Positions 27,834-37,898 of a stretch of 64,000 nucleotides of DNA are shown one piece after another. The translations under genes and the position numbers were made by a program. How positions within the stretch are numbered: position 1 is the first letter of the stretch; every line of letters starts with the position of its first letter. Where the stretch lies: positions 128,001 through 192,000 of the IMG/VR virus record IMGVR_UViG_3300028591_000078; one strand, written 5' to 3'. This stretch comes from a virus (lineage: Duplodnaviria; Caudoviricetes). The notes under the pieces were generated by a model. That model had not been told where the DNA came from. It ran no database searches and worked only from the letters and a program-made list of their open reading frames with translations.

Positions 27834-29057
27834 TTATACTCCAAAAGCCTTCTTCAAATCTATCTTACCATACTTTACTGTAGAGTCATGGAATCCTTTC
27901 ATGGTTATATTCTTAACCTTAGATGCAAGCTGAGGTGTAGCAGCACCTACATTACGAATTCCAAGTCTATAGAATAGATTTCCAGCACACTTGTTGCATA
28001 TCTGCTTACCTTCACATAATGAAGAGAATCTAAACTTTACAGTTTTACCCATATAATGATCTCTCTTATCAGAAGTAAGTTCTACAAGATGATTTCCTTC
28101 TACTATATAAGAATACATCATCATATCCATCATCTTAGGAGTTAAGGTTACTGTAATAGTACGCTTAGTTCCACAATCAGAATCAGGTTTATCAAGTATA
28201 ATATGCTGGAATGCATTCAAGAAGAGTTTCTCATAATATCCAAATGTAGAGGTTTTCTTAGATCTAGCATAAGGGCCAGCAGGTAATGCATTGGCAAATT
28301 TAGTATACTCTTCTTTTGTTATACCATCTATCTGGTTAGAGAGTATAATATTATAGCCCTTCAAAGGATCTGGGTCCTTAACAGCACCCTTCATGATATA
28401 CATATTCTTGAAGTTATTATCGAAAGATCCTACTGCACCTGAGTTATATAGATCCATTGCAGGATCGTCCTTAAGAATCTTTCTAGCCTCTGATAAAAGT
28501 TCTTTCTCTATCTCTCCAAGAACATATGCATCTCCATTAGCTATTTCTTTCTCATACTTCTTAAGTAACTCCTTCTTCTTAGGAGCTATAGTTTTAGATA
28601 TAAGAAGCATAGATTCAGATATACTAGGACAGAGCATTGTAGTATAACCCTGGAATTTCTGAACCTTCTGAGAAAAGTCAAAGATATCATCTATAGTAAT
28701 TTTGTTCTCCAGTAAAGCATAAGACTGCTCCTGGTTTAACTTAAGCATCTTCTTCTTAGTAAGAGGCTCATTTACATATCCATGTACCTCAAAGAGATGA
28801 GGTTCAATAAATGCTTTATTGAATATCCATCTACCAAGTGTAGTAGTAAATGTATTCTTATTCTTTTTACCAGCAGGACCATATGATCCAGGTGGAATAT
28901 CTATTATATCATATACATGATACTTAGCTTTACCATTGAAGATGCCAAAGTTATCCATCATAAAGCTCATATCACAACATCTATCTTCAGTTAATTCTAA
29001 GAAGAACTTTATTTCCTCAGGATCTGTAATCTTCTTAGGAACACGTTTTTCAGCCAT
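27834..29057 (-). CDS. RNA polymerase beta' C-terminal subunit, probably virion RNAP
   Basis: Bridge-helix-like T...GY..K, DCGT, C...IC.KC.G zinc site, trigger-loop-like MKGFH; AACT-N6-TA late-type promoter. Confidence 0.85.
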   Translation of the reverse strand: MAEKRVPKKITDPEEIKFFLELTEDRCCDMSFMMDNFGIFNGKAKYHVYDIIDIPPGSYGPAGKKNKNTFTTTLGRWIFNKAFIEPHLFEVHGYVNEPLTKKKMLKLNQEQSYALLENKITIDDIFDFSQKVQKFQGYTTMLCPSISESMLLISKTIAPKKKELLKKYEKEIANGDAYVLGEIEKELLSEARKILKDDPAMDLYNSGAVGSFDNNFKNMYIMKGAVKDPDPLKGYNIILSNQIDGITKEEYTKFANALPAGPYARSKKTSTFGYYEKLFLNAFQHIILDKPDSDCGTKRTITVTLTPKMMDMMMYSYIVEGNHLVELTSDKRDHYMGKTVKFRFSSLCEGKQICNKCAGNLFYRLGIRNVGAATPQLASKVKNITMKGFHDSTVKYGKIDLKKAFGV

Positions 29058-29123
29058 TTATATCATCTCCTTAATACTAAGTTGACCTGATTATAAGGTA
29101 TCGTAAAAGTAAAAAGTTTCAAT

Positions 29124-29140
29124 TATATATTATAATAGTG
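29124..29140 (+). promoter_or_regulatory. Early-type promoter for the AcrIII-1 operon
   Basis: TATATATTATAATAGTG. Confidence 0.7.
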
Positions 29141-29208
29141 AATAGAGATATTACTGTGCATATTCTCTATGATACTCATCAGCAAAATCTTCATCAAAAG
29201 GAGGTGAT

Positions 29209-29394
29209 ATGATGAATATACGGAAGTTTATTACCCCTATCGACACGGAGAGATACAACTCTACCAACTGCCATGCTTTCAAAATGCCAAGACAAAATTC
29301 TGTGATGGCCGGTGGGAAGATCAAGCAGCTCCGCGAGGGTAAAATAGTTGGTAATAAGATATACTGGTCTGACGGCACAGTAGAAGACTTGTAA
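29209..29394 (+). CDS. Small early hypothetical protein
   Basis: RBS AAAGGAGGTG; 61 aa. Confidence 0.7.
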   Translation: MMNIRKFITPIDTERYNSTNCHAFKMPRQNSVMAGGKIKQLREGKIVGNKIYWSDGTVEDL

Positions 29395-29452
29395 TTTTAC
29401 ATACCAACTATTTTACTCTCATCGAAATAAGCCATGAAAGGAGGTGAAAAAC

Positions 29453-29773
29453 ATGGTAAGTTATCTCGGTAACGCTTTCTCACTCCAGATGGTTACACAT
29501 CTTTCCGGAGATGTAATAATCACCAGGAGCGAGATATCCCCTGAACAGGTTGCTGAAGATGCTACATCTTGCATCGGTCACCCCGATACAGCAAATGTTG
29601 TATCTAGCATCCTTGGAAGAAAGGTGGAAACAGCCAGAATAAGTGTTAGTCTCAATCCTGGAGACATTTTATATGTCGCCCAGTACATTGGGCCTAGACT
29701 TCCTGAAGGCTGCACCGAACTTCCTGAGGGAGCTGAGATGAAGTTCTATAAGATTACGGTCTCCGTATCTTAA
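29453..29773 (+). CDS. acrIII-1: DUF1874 (STIV B116-like) protein, AcrIII-1 family ring nuclease
   Basis: YLGNAFSLQM...SCIGHPDTA...R.SV.L..GD...GPRLPEG..ELP signature including the catalytic GH; RBS AAAGGAGGTG. Confidence 0.8.
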   Translation: MVSYLGNAFSLQMVTHLSGDVIITRSEISPEQVAEDATSCIGHPDTANVVSSILGRKVETARISVSLNPGDILYVAQYIGPRLPEGCTELPEGAEMKFYKITVSVS

Positions 29774-29871
29774 TGAACAGAATCTCAGTCCGACCATATC
29801 AGCATGTATGTGTATACTGCATGGGGAGCACATATGCGTTATGGTTGATGACCATGCATCATAGAAGTATT

Positions 29872-29899
29872 GACCTGAGTAGCATTTGCTACTCAGGTT
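29872..29899 (+). terminator. Terminator hairpin
   Basis: ACCTGAGTAGC-ATTT-GCTACTCAGGT. Confidence 0.65.
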
Positions 29900-30017
29900 T
29901 GTGCTTCATATCTATTTTTATTTTTTGTAAGAATTCATATTCTGGCCAACTTTAATTTAATAATGATCACGAGTATATATTATAGTAGTGATTATAATTA
30001 TATGGAGGTAAATCTCA

Positions 30018-31517
30018 ATGGCAAAAATGAAAGTTACTACTCATTACTTAGAGAATCCTGAGTATGAGTATGAAACATATTTGGAGAGATTAAATCTCGA
30101 TGATGAAAGAAGAAGAGATCTTTCTAGAGATAAGGGCTTTGTAGTAACAGAACCCCAGTCTATTAAGAAGGATCTGAAGAGTCCTTATTCTCCATTCTCA
30201 TCTAAGTTTGGTCAGACTCTTAATGATGTAAACCCTTATGCAAATAGATATAAATGTGAATGTGGAAATATCACATCTAGACTCTATCTTGGTATAACTT
30301 GTCCGAACTGTGGTACTAAGGTAAGATATGTAGGTGATGATTTCGAATACTTTGGATGGATATGTATTAAAGATCCTTATTATATAATCCATCCTAATCT
30401 GTTTAAGTCTCTTCAGTTCCTTATTGGAACCACTAGACTTGAAGCTATTATCAGACCCATCGATGAAAAAGATGAAGATGGCAATGATATTACTCCTCCT
30501 GAGCCTCCTAAGGATAATCCTTATCAAGGTTTAGGAATGATGGGATTCGTAGAGAAGTTTGATGAGATATTAGACTTCTTCTATTCTAAGAATCCTGCAA
30601 AGAAAGACTACTATGATGATATAGTAAAGAATAGGGATAAGATATTTACTCAGTCTATTCCTGTATATACTACTCATCTTAGACCCTTTAAAGTAGATGG
30701 TTCATCATTATTCTTTGAGGGTGTAAATGCTAATTATAATATGCTTGCTAAACTGGCTGCACTGGTAAATAAAGACCAGCTTAATATCTTCAGAAAGAAG
30801 AAGTCTAAGAACCAAGCATTATATGATATGCAGACTCAGTATAATGAGATCTATGCAGAATGTGAAAGAATCTTAGCACAGAAGAAGGGTTCTGTTAGAA
30901 TGCTCTTCGGTGGTAGATATAACTTCTCTGCAAGATCTGTAATCGTTCCTGACCAGAAACTTAGAATAGATCAGGTTAGATTACCTTATCATGCTTTATG
31001 TGAGTTACTTCAGCAGAGTATTATAAATATACTTCAGAAGACTCATAGTATATTATATTCTGATGCTTATAAGATCTGGTATAAAGCACAGATTACACAT
31101 AGTCAGATAGTAGAGGATATCATTAAAGGTATTATAGCTAGTTATCCTAATGGTATTCCGATATTACTGAATCGAAATCCGACTATAGCATATGGTGGTA
31201 TTATGCTGATGCATGTAATAGGAATCAATATGAACTATACTACATCAGTACCGCTTAGAATTCTTAAACCTTTGGCTGCAGACTTTGATGGAGATACTCT
31301 GAATATAATGTATCTTATCAATAAAGACTTCATTGATGCAGCTGAGCGTGTAATGAATCCGAGAAATGCTATGCAGATATCTCGAAATGATGGCATGTTT
31401 AATAGTGATGTAAACCATGCTAAAGATATTCTGATCAACTGTAATTCTATGATACAGCTGAGTAGAGATAAGTATTCTACTAAACAGTTAGAGATGATAA
31501 AACAGTTGCAGAGGTGA
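30018..31517 (+). CDS. RNA polymerase beta' N-terminal/catalytic subunit, probably non-virion RNAP
   Basis: CECG...CPNC zinc finger, GGR.NFSARSVI, LLNRNPT, catalytic ADFDGD; early promoter at 29974. Confidence 0.92.
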   Translation: MAKMKVTTHYLENPEYEYETYLERLNLDDERRRDLSRDKGFVVTEPQSIKKDLKSPYSPFSSKFGQTLNDVNPYANRYKCECGNITSRLYLGITCPNCGTKVRYVGDDFEYFGWICIKDPYYIIHPNLFKSLQFLIGTTRLEAIIRPIDEKDEDGNDITPPEPPKDNPYQGLGMMGFVEKFDEILDFFYSKNPAKKDYYDDIVKNRDKIFTQSIPVYTTHLRPFKVDGSSLFFEGVNANYNMLAKLAALVNKDQLNIFRKKKSKNQALYDMQTQYNEIYAECERILAQKKGSVRMLFGGRYNFSARSVIVPDQKLRIDQVRLPYHALCELLQQSIINILQKTHSILYSDAYKIWYKAQITHSQIVEDIIKGIIASYPNGIPILLNRNPTIAYGGIMLMHVIGINMNYTTSVPLRILKPLAADFDGDTLNIMYLINKDFIDAAERVMNPRNAMQISRNDGMFNSDVNHAKDILINCNSMIQLSRDKYSTKQLEMIKQLQR

Positions 31518-31523
31518 CATAAT

Positions 31524-31787
31524 ATGTATTATGAGATGCACACATTCTATGGTGATGTTCCGGATGTCACTATGACACAAAAGATTTCATGCTATGAAAG
31601 CGATGATCCTGATAAGATACACAATTTAACAGAAGAGGAAGCTAAATGGATATTTAACCATTTGGTAGAAGCTAACAAGAAATCTGATCAGGAGCACAGT
31701 GAAAGAATGCAAACCTGTATTATAAGGCAGCTTGTAAGATTCGAAGAAGATGGAAATGCTACAGTGATAGCACAGGTAATAATATAA
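31524..31787 (+). CDS. Hypothetical protein
   Basis: RBS GAGGTG. Confidence 0.6.
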   Translation: MYYEMHTFYGDVPDVTMTQKISCYESDDPDKIHNLTEEEAKWIFNHLVEANKKSDQEHSERMQTCIIRQLVRFEEDGNATVIAQVII

Positions 31788-31847
31788 GAATATACTGGTA
31801 GAGCTTTGTGCTCTACCAGTACTTTAATTATTTTATTGGAGGAATAT

Positions 31848-32156
31848 ATGGCTATTAGATACAGAGTAATTATAAAAACAGGTGATAATTTCTATGAGGT
31901 TACACCTTCTGGTCAGCATAATTATGTGTACTTAGCAAGTGCTAATATAGCCTATGCTTGGGCTTGTGATTATTTTTGTAAAGCAGATTATATAAAAATC
32001 GTTAAATATGTTGGAGAATTATTCAAAACAATAAAGGAGACTAATTCTCCGTTAACCGAAGATCTTGGTGCTTATAAATTTGCTTTACCAAATGACGTTA
32101 TGTTTCATGATCACTTAAAGAAATTAGACAAAGACCCTTTTAAAGATGAAGAATAA
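31848..32156 (+). CDS. Hypothetical protein
   Basis: RBS GGAGG before MAIRY. Confidence 0.6.
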   Translation: MAIRYRVIIKTGDNFYEVTPSGQHNYVYLASANIAYAWACDYFCKADYIKIVKYVGELFKTIKETNSPLTEDLGAYKFALPNDVMFHDHLKKLDKDPFKDEE

Positions 32157-32279
32157 TCGTGGATAGATATTCTATTTATATTTATAAATCTGGAGAGATA
32201 ATTAAAGTATTTGAAATAACTCCGATGTCTTGTGTTTATCATTGGACATTAGTAACATTTCTTATTAGGAGGTATTAAT

Positions 32280-32603
32280 ATGGTTATAAATTTTGATGGT
32301 CCTATTGCAAAAATGGCGGCAGCATATACTATAGAACCTTTGGCTAAACCTGTACAAGTGAAATTATGTTTTGAACCAGATATAATATTATTATTCGATG
32401 ATTATGTTAGATATGGGTCACAGCTAGGACTAGATATCAAAGAGCTTGAACAAGGCGAATCTATGATATATGGGCCAATGACTATTAAGCTTGATAAAGA
32501 TAGTGTCTTTATAGAGTATAGTGAAGATATTGTCAAGCGCTATGCATTTATTGCAATAAAGTTTACAGAAGGAATTGTTATATCTAAGGATCTTGGAGAA
32601 TAA
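32280..32603 (+). CDS. Hypothetical protein
   Basis: RBS AGGAGG. Confidence 0.65.
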   Translation: MVINFDGPIAKMAAAYTIEPLAKPVQVKLCFEPDIILLFDDYVRYGSQLGLDIKELEQGESMIYGPMTIKLDKDSVFIEYSEDIVKRYAFIAIKFTEGIVISKDLGE

Positions 32604-32604
32604 T

Positions 32605-33309
32605 ATGAATCCATTTGAACACATTGAAATTGTACAACACTCTAAAACAAATAGAGTATATAATCCATGCTTGAAGCTTACCATAGATATCAAGAATATC
32701 CCTACATTCAATGATGAGGTCGCTAAGATAGCATGGTTAAAGTATATATTAGATAATAATAAGATTACTAAAGTATCTAGATTATGTAATAGATGCAGAA
32801 GAACCCTATTAGATAATGAACAATATTGCTCTAACTGTGATTCTAAAAATATAAGGATATCTAAAGCCCAATGTATAGATATATTAATCACTAACACTAG
32901 ACAGATATTAGAGATTCCTGTATCTATACAGAATATGGGTAAGAATTATTATACCTTAATAAATAGATTTGTTTTATTATTCCCAGGAGAATATTTAAAT
33001 ATCTTCGCAGCAAATGGAAAGAATATTGTAACTTATCCGAGCTTCACAGACTTCCCAGATGTGGAGGATGTAGAAACTATAGATTTGCTGGGAACGATTT
33101 TTTACGATGAATCGACTGGAGATACTTATATATTAGATTTTGAAGATATATACGAGTCTCTAGAAGATTTTTATCCAGTATCAGCAATGTATAATACTAT
33201 GGGATATAGATATGGGTTAAATTATATAAAGACAAAACCAGAAAACTTTCGATATATACTTGAACGATTTATATATTGGAATGATGAGAAATGGCAAAAT
33301 AAAGAGTAG
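32605..33309 (+). CDS. Hypothetical zinc-ribbon protein
   Basis: CNRC...CSNC; RBS GGAG before MNPF. Confidence 0.65.
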   Translation: MNPFEHIEIVQHSKTNRVYNPCLKLTIDIKNIPTFNDEVAKIAWLKYILDNNKITKVSRLCNRCRRTLLDNEQYCSNCDSKNIRISKAQCIDILITNTRQILEIPVSIQNMGKNYYTLINRFVLLFPGEYLNIFAANGKNIVTYPSFTDFPDVEDVETIDLLGTIFYDESTGDTYILDFEDIYESLEDFYPVSAMYNTMGYRYGLNYIKTKPENFRYILERFIYWNDEKWQNKE

Positions 33310-33333
33310 GGTCTAACCCTACTCTTTTTATTT

Positions 33334-33438
33334 TTATTCTTCTTCGAGAGCCTTTCTTACAGCTTCACGCCATCTCAGCGGAACCTCTTCAAGAGTCATC
33401 TTACCCTCACGGATTCTTCTTACATAAATAGCAACCAT
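33334..33438 (-). CDS. CD1375/XkdX-like small tail-associated protein (34 aa), not in ORF track
   Basis: MVAIYVRRIREGKMTLEEVPLRWREAV; RBS AGGAGG. Confidence 0.7.
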   Translation of the reverse strand: MVAIYVRRIREGKMTLEEVPLRWREAVRKALEEE

Positions 33439-33451
33439 GGTTTCTTCCTCC

Positions 33452-33958
33452 TTAACCTATTAATCCAGCAAGCTCTACGATAGCATCCATATTTTCTTCT
33501 ACCATAGCTGTCTGCCTACGCTGATTCTTTTCAAGTTCAGAAAGTCTTGCAATCTCTACAGTATACAGAGGAATATACTGAGGATTAGGCATAGTAACTT
33601 CCTGAGTGTTTTCAGGATCTGTCTCTTCGGGCTGAGGAGGAATAAGTGTATACTTAGACTCGTCAAATACGAGCTTGCTAAGAAGTACAAACTCCTCAAG
33701 CAGTACCTTAGAATCCTCTATAACCTCACCCTGAGCTTCTTCAGAATCATCTGTTACAACAGTATGAACTTCGATCTCTGCAGTGTAATCTTCAGATTTG
33801 AAAATATTCTTAAGCTGATCAAAGTTTTCTACCTGATAACGATTGAAAGTAAATGTAGCAACTTCACGATCAGCCTTCTGGAACGATCTCTGGCTCTTAT
33901 TGAATGAAAGAGCTTCAAGAGTAGTTCCATTCTTAAATGTAATTGTAATCGTCTTCAT
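33452..33958 (-). CDS. XkdW-like tail fibre-associated protein
   Basis: C-terminal coiled coil ending DAIVELAGLIG, paired with the CD1375-like gene. Confidence 0.5.
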   Translation of the reverse strand: MKTITITFKNGTTLEALSFNKSQRSFQKADREVATFTFNRYQVENFDQLKNIFKSEDYTAEIEVHTVVTDDSEEAQGEVIEDSKVLLEEFVLLSKLVFDESKYTLIPPQPEETDPENTQEVTMPNPQYIPLYTVEIARLSELEKNQRRQTAMVEENMDAIVELAGLIG

Positions 33959-34061
33959 TACAACAATTCCTCCTTATAGAATTATTTATTATAAAGTTAG
34001 CTAAGTAGTGTTAAACTTGAATATTTTGATTACATACTATAAAGATGAAAGGAGTAGTAAT

Positions 34062-34490
34062 ATGGAAACTGCAAAAGAATTTTTTGATGAGTTCTTAGAT
34101 ATGAGAGAAGACCTTCCTGAGTTAGTATTTGACAAGTCTAGTTCTAAAGTATATAAAGTAGATAGTGACACATTACATCAGATGAATTTGCGTCTTTATG
34201 ATTCAAATGACAGCAATTATTTTGAGATAAAGATAAATGTATCTCTTTTAAAAGAAGATGATTCTGGTGAAGAAATAGAACGTATGTGGATACATATATC
34301 AAAAGATGGTAAAGATAAAGGTGGTATATACCTTCGTATGTATAATTGGTCTAACTACTATTCTATATATAAGGATAAGATCAAAGATATTATATGTGAT
34401 ATATGGAAAAAATATGGAACAGATTCTGATTTCATAGATTTTGCATGCGATCTAATAAAGATTATCCATAATCATTGTCTAGGTATATAA
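34062..34490 (+). CDS. Accessory paralogue family A, copy 1
   Basis: METAKEFFD... highly similar to the next gene's N-terminus; early promoter at ~34031. Confidence 0.75.
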   Translation: METAKEFFDEFLDMREDLPELVFDKSSSKVYKVDSDTLHQMNLRLYDSNDSNYFEIKINVSLLKEDDSGEEIERMWIHISKDGKDKGGIYLRMYNWSNYYSIYKDKIKDIICDIWKKYGTDSDFIDFACDLIKIIHNHCLGI

Positions 34491-34519
34491 TATACGTAAT
34501 AACAAAAAGGAGTAGTAAT

Positions 34520-35800
34520 ATGGAAACTGCAAAAGAATTTTTTGATAAATTTTTAAACATGAGAAAAGCTCATCGTGAGCTAGTATTTGACAAGTCTAGT
34601 TCTAGAGTATACACACCAAATAGTAATATATCGCATCAAATGTTTTTACGTCTTTGTGATTTAGATGATAGCAACTATTTTGATATAGAGATAAATATAT
34701 ATGCTTTAAAAGAGGACAATTCTTGTGAAGAAATAGAACGTATGGTGATACATATAATGAAAGATGATGAAGAGGAAGGAAATATATATCTCCGTATGTA
34801 CCACTGGATCAATTATTATTTTATAGATGTAGATAAGATCAAAGAGACTATATATGGTATATGCAGAAAATATGGAGTAGATTCCAATTTCTTAGATTTT
34901 ACATGCAATCTAATAAAAATCATCGATAACTATTGCTTAGGTATGTATCCATATACAATAACAGAAAGGAATGATAATATGGAGCATTTAAATTTAGATA
35001 AGGCATTTAATATTATCTTTGATAAGAAAATGTCAATGGCCAAAATAACCTATGAGGTATCATTTTATGAAAACTCTGTATGTAATTCAGTTAGTGCAGA
35101 TGTCTATATAACTAACCCTAAAGTATTTTCTATTCACTTTACTCATTATATTAAAGAGAAAGATAAAATTCGGGTTATAAATTACAATGTCAAGGATTCT
35201 CTATTTACCCCTCCTGATATAATGGTTGATAATAAAACTGGTGATATAGATATATTTACCAATTCTAAAAATGGAGATGAAGGATTCAAAAGAATATCTG
35301 TAGAAGAACTGAGCGTTATACTCAATAAGCATGCTTTAAATAAGGAAGTGTCAGATCTTTTTAGTGAGATTACCTTATTAATAGGAGATATGCAAGAGTT
35401 TGCTAAGACTCGAATAAAACCATCCGGCCCTGATATTATAGAGTGTATAAGCAAATATGGATATAAAGTCTATAATATAAAAGCCACTGATGATAGTCAG
35501 GCATCTATTATAATTAAACGTCATGAGCCTGATGCTGAGTGCGAGGATGGGTATGATATATTAGTAAATACTATAGAAAAAGAAGGAGATATTCTGATTA
35601 GTAAAACTAATACAGAGAAATTCTTGATAGATATTGATGATCTAATATCTAATCTCTATATCTTTGATAAAGAAAATAACCTGTATAAGCGTATTAGTGG
35701 AAGTGATTTATTTGATACTTATTATATAGAAGGTCATTTTCCAAAACTCTTAGATGCAGAACTTCGTTATGCTATCTATGATATATGCTTTGAATTATAA
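34520..35800 (+). CDS. Fusion of family A copy 2 and family B copy 1
   Basis: N-terminus repeats the 34062 gene; internal RBS+ATG at 34979; C-terminus LDAELRYAIY shared with the next gene. Confidence 0.75.
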   Translation: METAKEFFDKFLNMRKAHRELVFDKSSSRVYTPNSNISHQMFLRLCDLDDSNYFDIEINIYALKEDNSCEEIERMVIHIMKDDEEEGNIYLRMYHWINYYFIDVDKIKETIYGICRKYGVDSNFLDFTCNLIKIIDNYCLGMYPYTITERNDNMEHLNLDKAFNIIFDKKMSMAKITYEVSFYENSVCNSVSADVYITNPKVFSIHFTHYIKEKDKIRVINYNVKDSLFTPPDIMVDNKTGDIDIFTNSKNGDEGFKRISVEELSVILNKHALNKEVSDLFSEITLLIGDMQEFAKTRIKPSGPDIIECISKYGYKVYNIKATDDSQASIIIKRHEPDAECEDGYDILVNTIEKEGDILISKTNTEKFLIDIDDLISNLYIFDKENNLYKRISGSDLFDTYYIEGHFPKLLDAELRYAIYDICFEL

Positions 35801-35814
35801 GGAGGTATAATACT

Positions 35815-36648
35815 ATGACAGAATTAAACAAATTATTTCAGATGGCATTTCTTAGAGGTGCAGAGAAGAAAGCTTATGCGCCTGTAACTCTTGAAACCAG
35901 TTTCTATGATGCAGAGGGCACAACTAACAATATCAGCGTAGATATCTATATACAAAACTCTGGAAGCTTTCTGTTTCACTTCGATAATGAAGTAGTTGGT
36001 AATGATGTATTTGATATTAAATCTAATGCATTATTACCTGATATAAAAATAGATGACCATACCGGTCTTATATACGTAGAAACAGAAAGTACAGAGACTG
36101 CTCACACCTATACACAAACCAACTTTAGTGAGATAAATACAAGAATCTCTAATCTTGATATTATTAAAAGATTACCTCCCAAATCAGAATCAAGAGAAGA
36201 AGTAGATAAATTCTTCGATAGGATAATTACACTGATGCATCAGATGCAAGAATTTGCGACTAATCGCTTAAAAGTATCTGGTGATGATATCAGAAATGGT
36301 ATTGCAATGGATAGGTATAAAGTTTATAATATACAACATGCATATCCTAACTGCATGGCTACTATTATAATTAAAGAAGTTCCGTTAACAGAAACAAAAA
36401 AGCATTGGATTATAGAAGTAAGATCTATTGAATCTAGTAGATTTTATAAGAATGCTTATATAAACAGCTTTAATTCCGAGAGTTTTATGATTAAGGATGA
36501 TCAGTTGTATATCTTCGATAAAGAAGAAAGTGTATATAGACCTATCAATAGAGGTATACTCTGGGACGATGTAATAACGACAGATTTCCCTAAGTATTTA
36601 GATGCAGAGCTTCGTTATGCTATCTATGAGATATGGTTTAACTTATAA
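35815..36648 (+). CDS. Accessory paralogue family B, copy 2
   Basis: YKVYNI, LYIFDKE, FPK.LDAELRYAIY shared. Confidence 0.75.
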   Translation: MTELNKLFQMAFLRGAEKKAYAPVTLETSFYDAEGTTNNISVDIYIQNSGSFLFHFDNEVVGNDVFDIKSNALLPDIKIDDHTGLIYVETESTETAHTYTQTNFSEINTRISNLDIIKRLPPKSESREEVDKFFDRIITLMHQMQEFATNRLKVSGDDIRNGIAMDRYKVYNIQHAYPNCMATIIIKEVPLTETKKHWIIEVRSIESSRFYKNAYINSFNSESFMIKDDQLYIFDKEESVYRPINRGILWDDVITTDFPKYLDAELRYAIYEIWFNL

Positions 36649-36658
36649 GGAGGATAAT

Positions 36659-37057
36659 ATGGAACTTGATAAAAAATTATTCGAAAAGGTAATAGATTTA
36701 AAGGGATCATTTGATATTATAACTGATGAAAGAATGGTCTGTGTAGGACCATTATATTATAAGAAGGCTAAATTAGCTATCAATATAATTTCTTTTAAGA
36801 ATGCTGATAATGATCATTTAATCATGGCTGATATCACAATACACGAATCAGACTATGGTAAAGATGAAGAGAAAACGAATCTTACGCTCAGGTTATATGT
36901 AAACACTGGAGTGTTCTTGTTTAACTTACCATATAGATCACTTGGGCTAGAGAAAGATAAAGATGCAGTTTTATATAAAATGAACCGTCTTACTTACCAA
37001 GAGTTCGAGGATGTAAACAAAGCGGTTATAGATCTAATGTATAGCTATATCAAATAA
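36659..37057 (+). CDS. Accessory paralogue family C, copy 1
   Basis: FDIITD...EFEDVNKA..DLM.SY. Confidence 0.75.
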   Translation: MELDKKLFEKVIDLKGSFDIITDERMVCVGPLYYKKAKLAINIISFKNADNDHLIMADITIHESDYGKDEEKTNLTLRLYVNTGVFLFNLPYRSLGLEKDKDAVLYKMNRLTYQEFEDVNKAVIDLMYSYIK

Positions 37058-37068
37058 GGGGGTATAAT

Positions 37069-37476
37069 ATGCAGTTTGATAGAAAAGTAGTAGATAAGGT
37101 GCTGAGTCGAAAACGGACATTTGATATAATAACAGATAAAAGACTCTGCACTGATTCTGACTCAGTATGCCATACTGTTAAATTGGAGATCAATATAATA
37201 GCATATAAGAACAAAAAAGGTATTCTTGAAGATGTCATTGCTCATATATTGATATATCATGATAACTCTAAAAATGAAGTATGGCGTAAAGTTGAATTTG
37301 ACTCCCAAAAGGGGTCATTTTTGATCTATTTTACTAGACCGGATAGTTGGTCTGCCTTGACAAGCATCTATTATGATAAGGATGTAGTTATCGATAAGAT
37401 AAATAGCATTACCGGTAAAGAGTTCGAGGATGTAAACAAGGCTATTGTCGAGCTAATGCTAAGCTACAAAGATTAA
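37069..37476 (+). CDS. Accessory paralogue family C, copy 2
   Basis: Same conserved termini. Confidence 0.75.
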   Translation: MQFDRKVVDKVLSRKRTFDIITDKRLCTDSDSVCHTVKLEINIIAYKNKKGILEDVIAHILIYHDNSKNEVWRKVEFDSQKGSFLIYFTRPDSWSALTSIYYDKDVVIDKINSITGKEFEDVNKAIVELMLSYKD

Positions 37477-37488
37477 AAAGGAGGTATT

Positions 37489-37884
37489 ATGGAACTTGAC
37501 AGAAAAGAAGTAGACAAGGTATTAAGGCTTAAAAGAACGTTTGACATCATAACAGATAGAAGACTCTGTATTGATTCTGATTTAATATCTCATGATGTCA
37601 AATTAAAAGTCAATATAAGATCCTATAAGAATAGCTATCACGATCTTATAATTGTTTCTAATGTTACAATACAATATGATTCTAAAAATCACGGTTTTAG
37701 TATTAAGCTTAATGCAGACAGAGGATCATTCTTGATCAATCTTACTTCGGCTACTTTGTCTACACCAGTAGGAATATTTTATGATGAGGATGTAGTTCTC
37801 GATAAGATGAATAGTTTTACTTATAAAAGATTTAATGATATAAATAAAGCTGTTGTTGATTTGATGATGAGCTATATCGAATAA
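37489..37884 (+). CDS. Accessory paralogue family C, copy 3
   Basis: Same conserved termini. Confidence 0.75.
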   Translation: MELDRKEVDKVLRLKRTFDIITDRRLCIDSDLISHDVKLKVNIRSYKNSYHDLIIVSNVTIQYDSKNHGFSIKLNADRGSFLINLTSATLSTPVGIFYDEDVVLDKMNSFTYKRFNDINKAVVDLMMSYIE

Positions 37885-37898
37885 AATGGAGGTACAAT

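Noticed and set aside
29773-29955. 60-aa ORF after AcrIII-1
   Set aside because: No RBS, and it runs through a terminator hairpin
34062-34960. Diversity-generating retroelement TR/VR pair
   Set aside because: Differences between the copies are not adenine-specific, both copies are coding, and no reverse transcriptase is present
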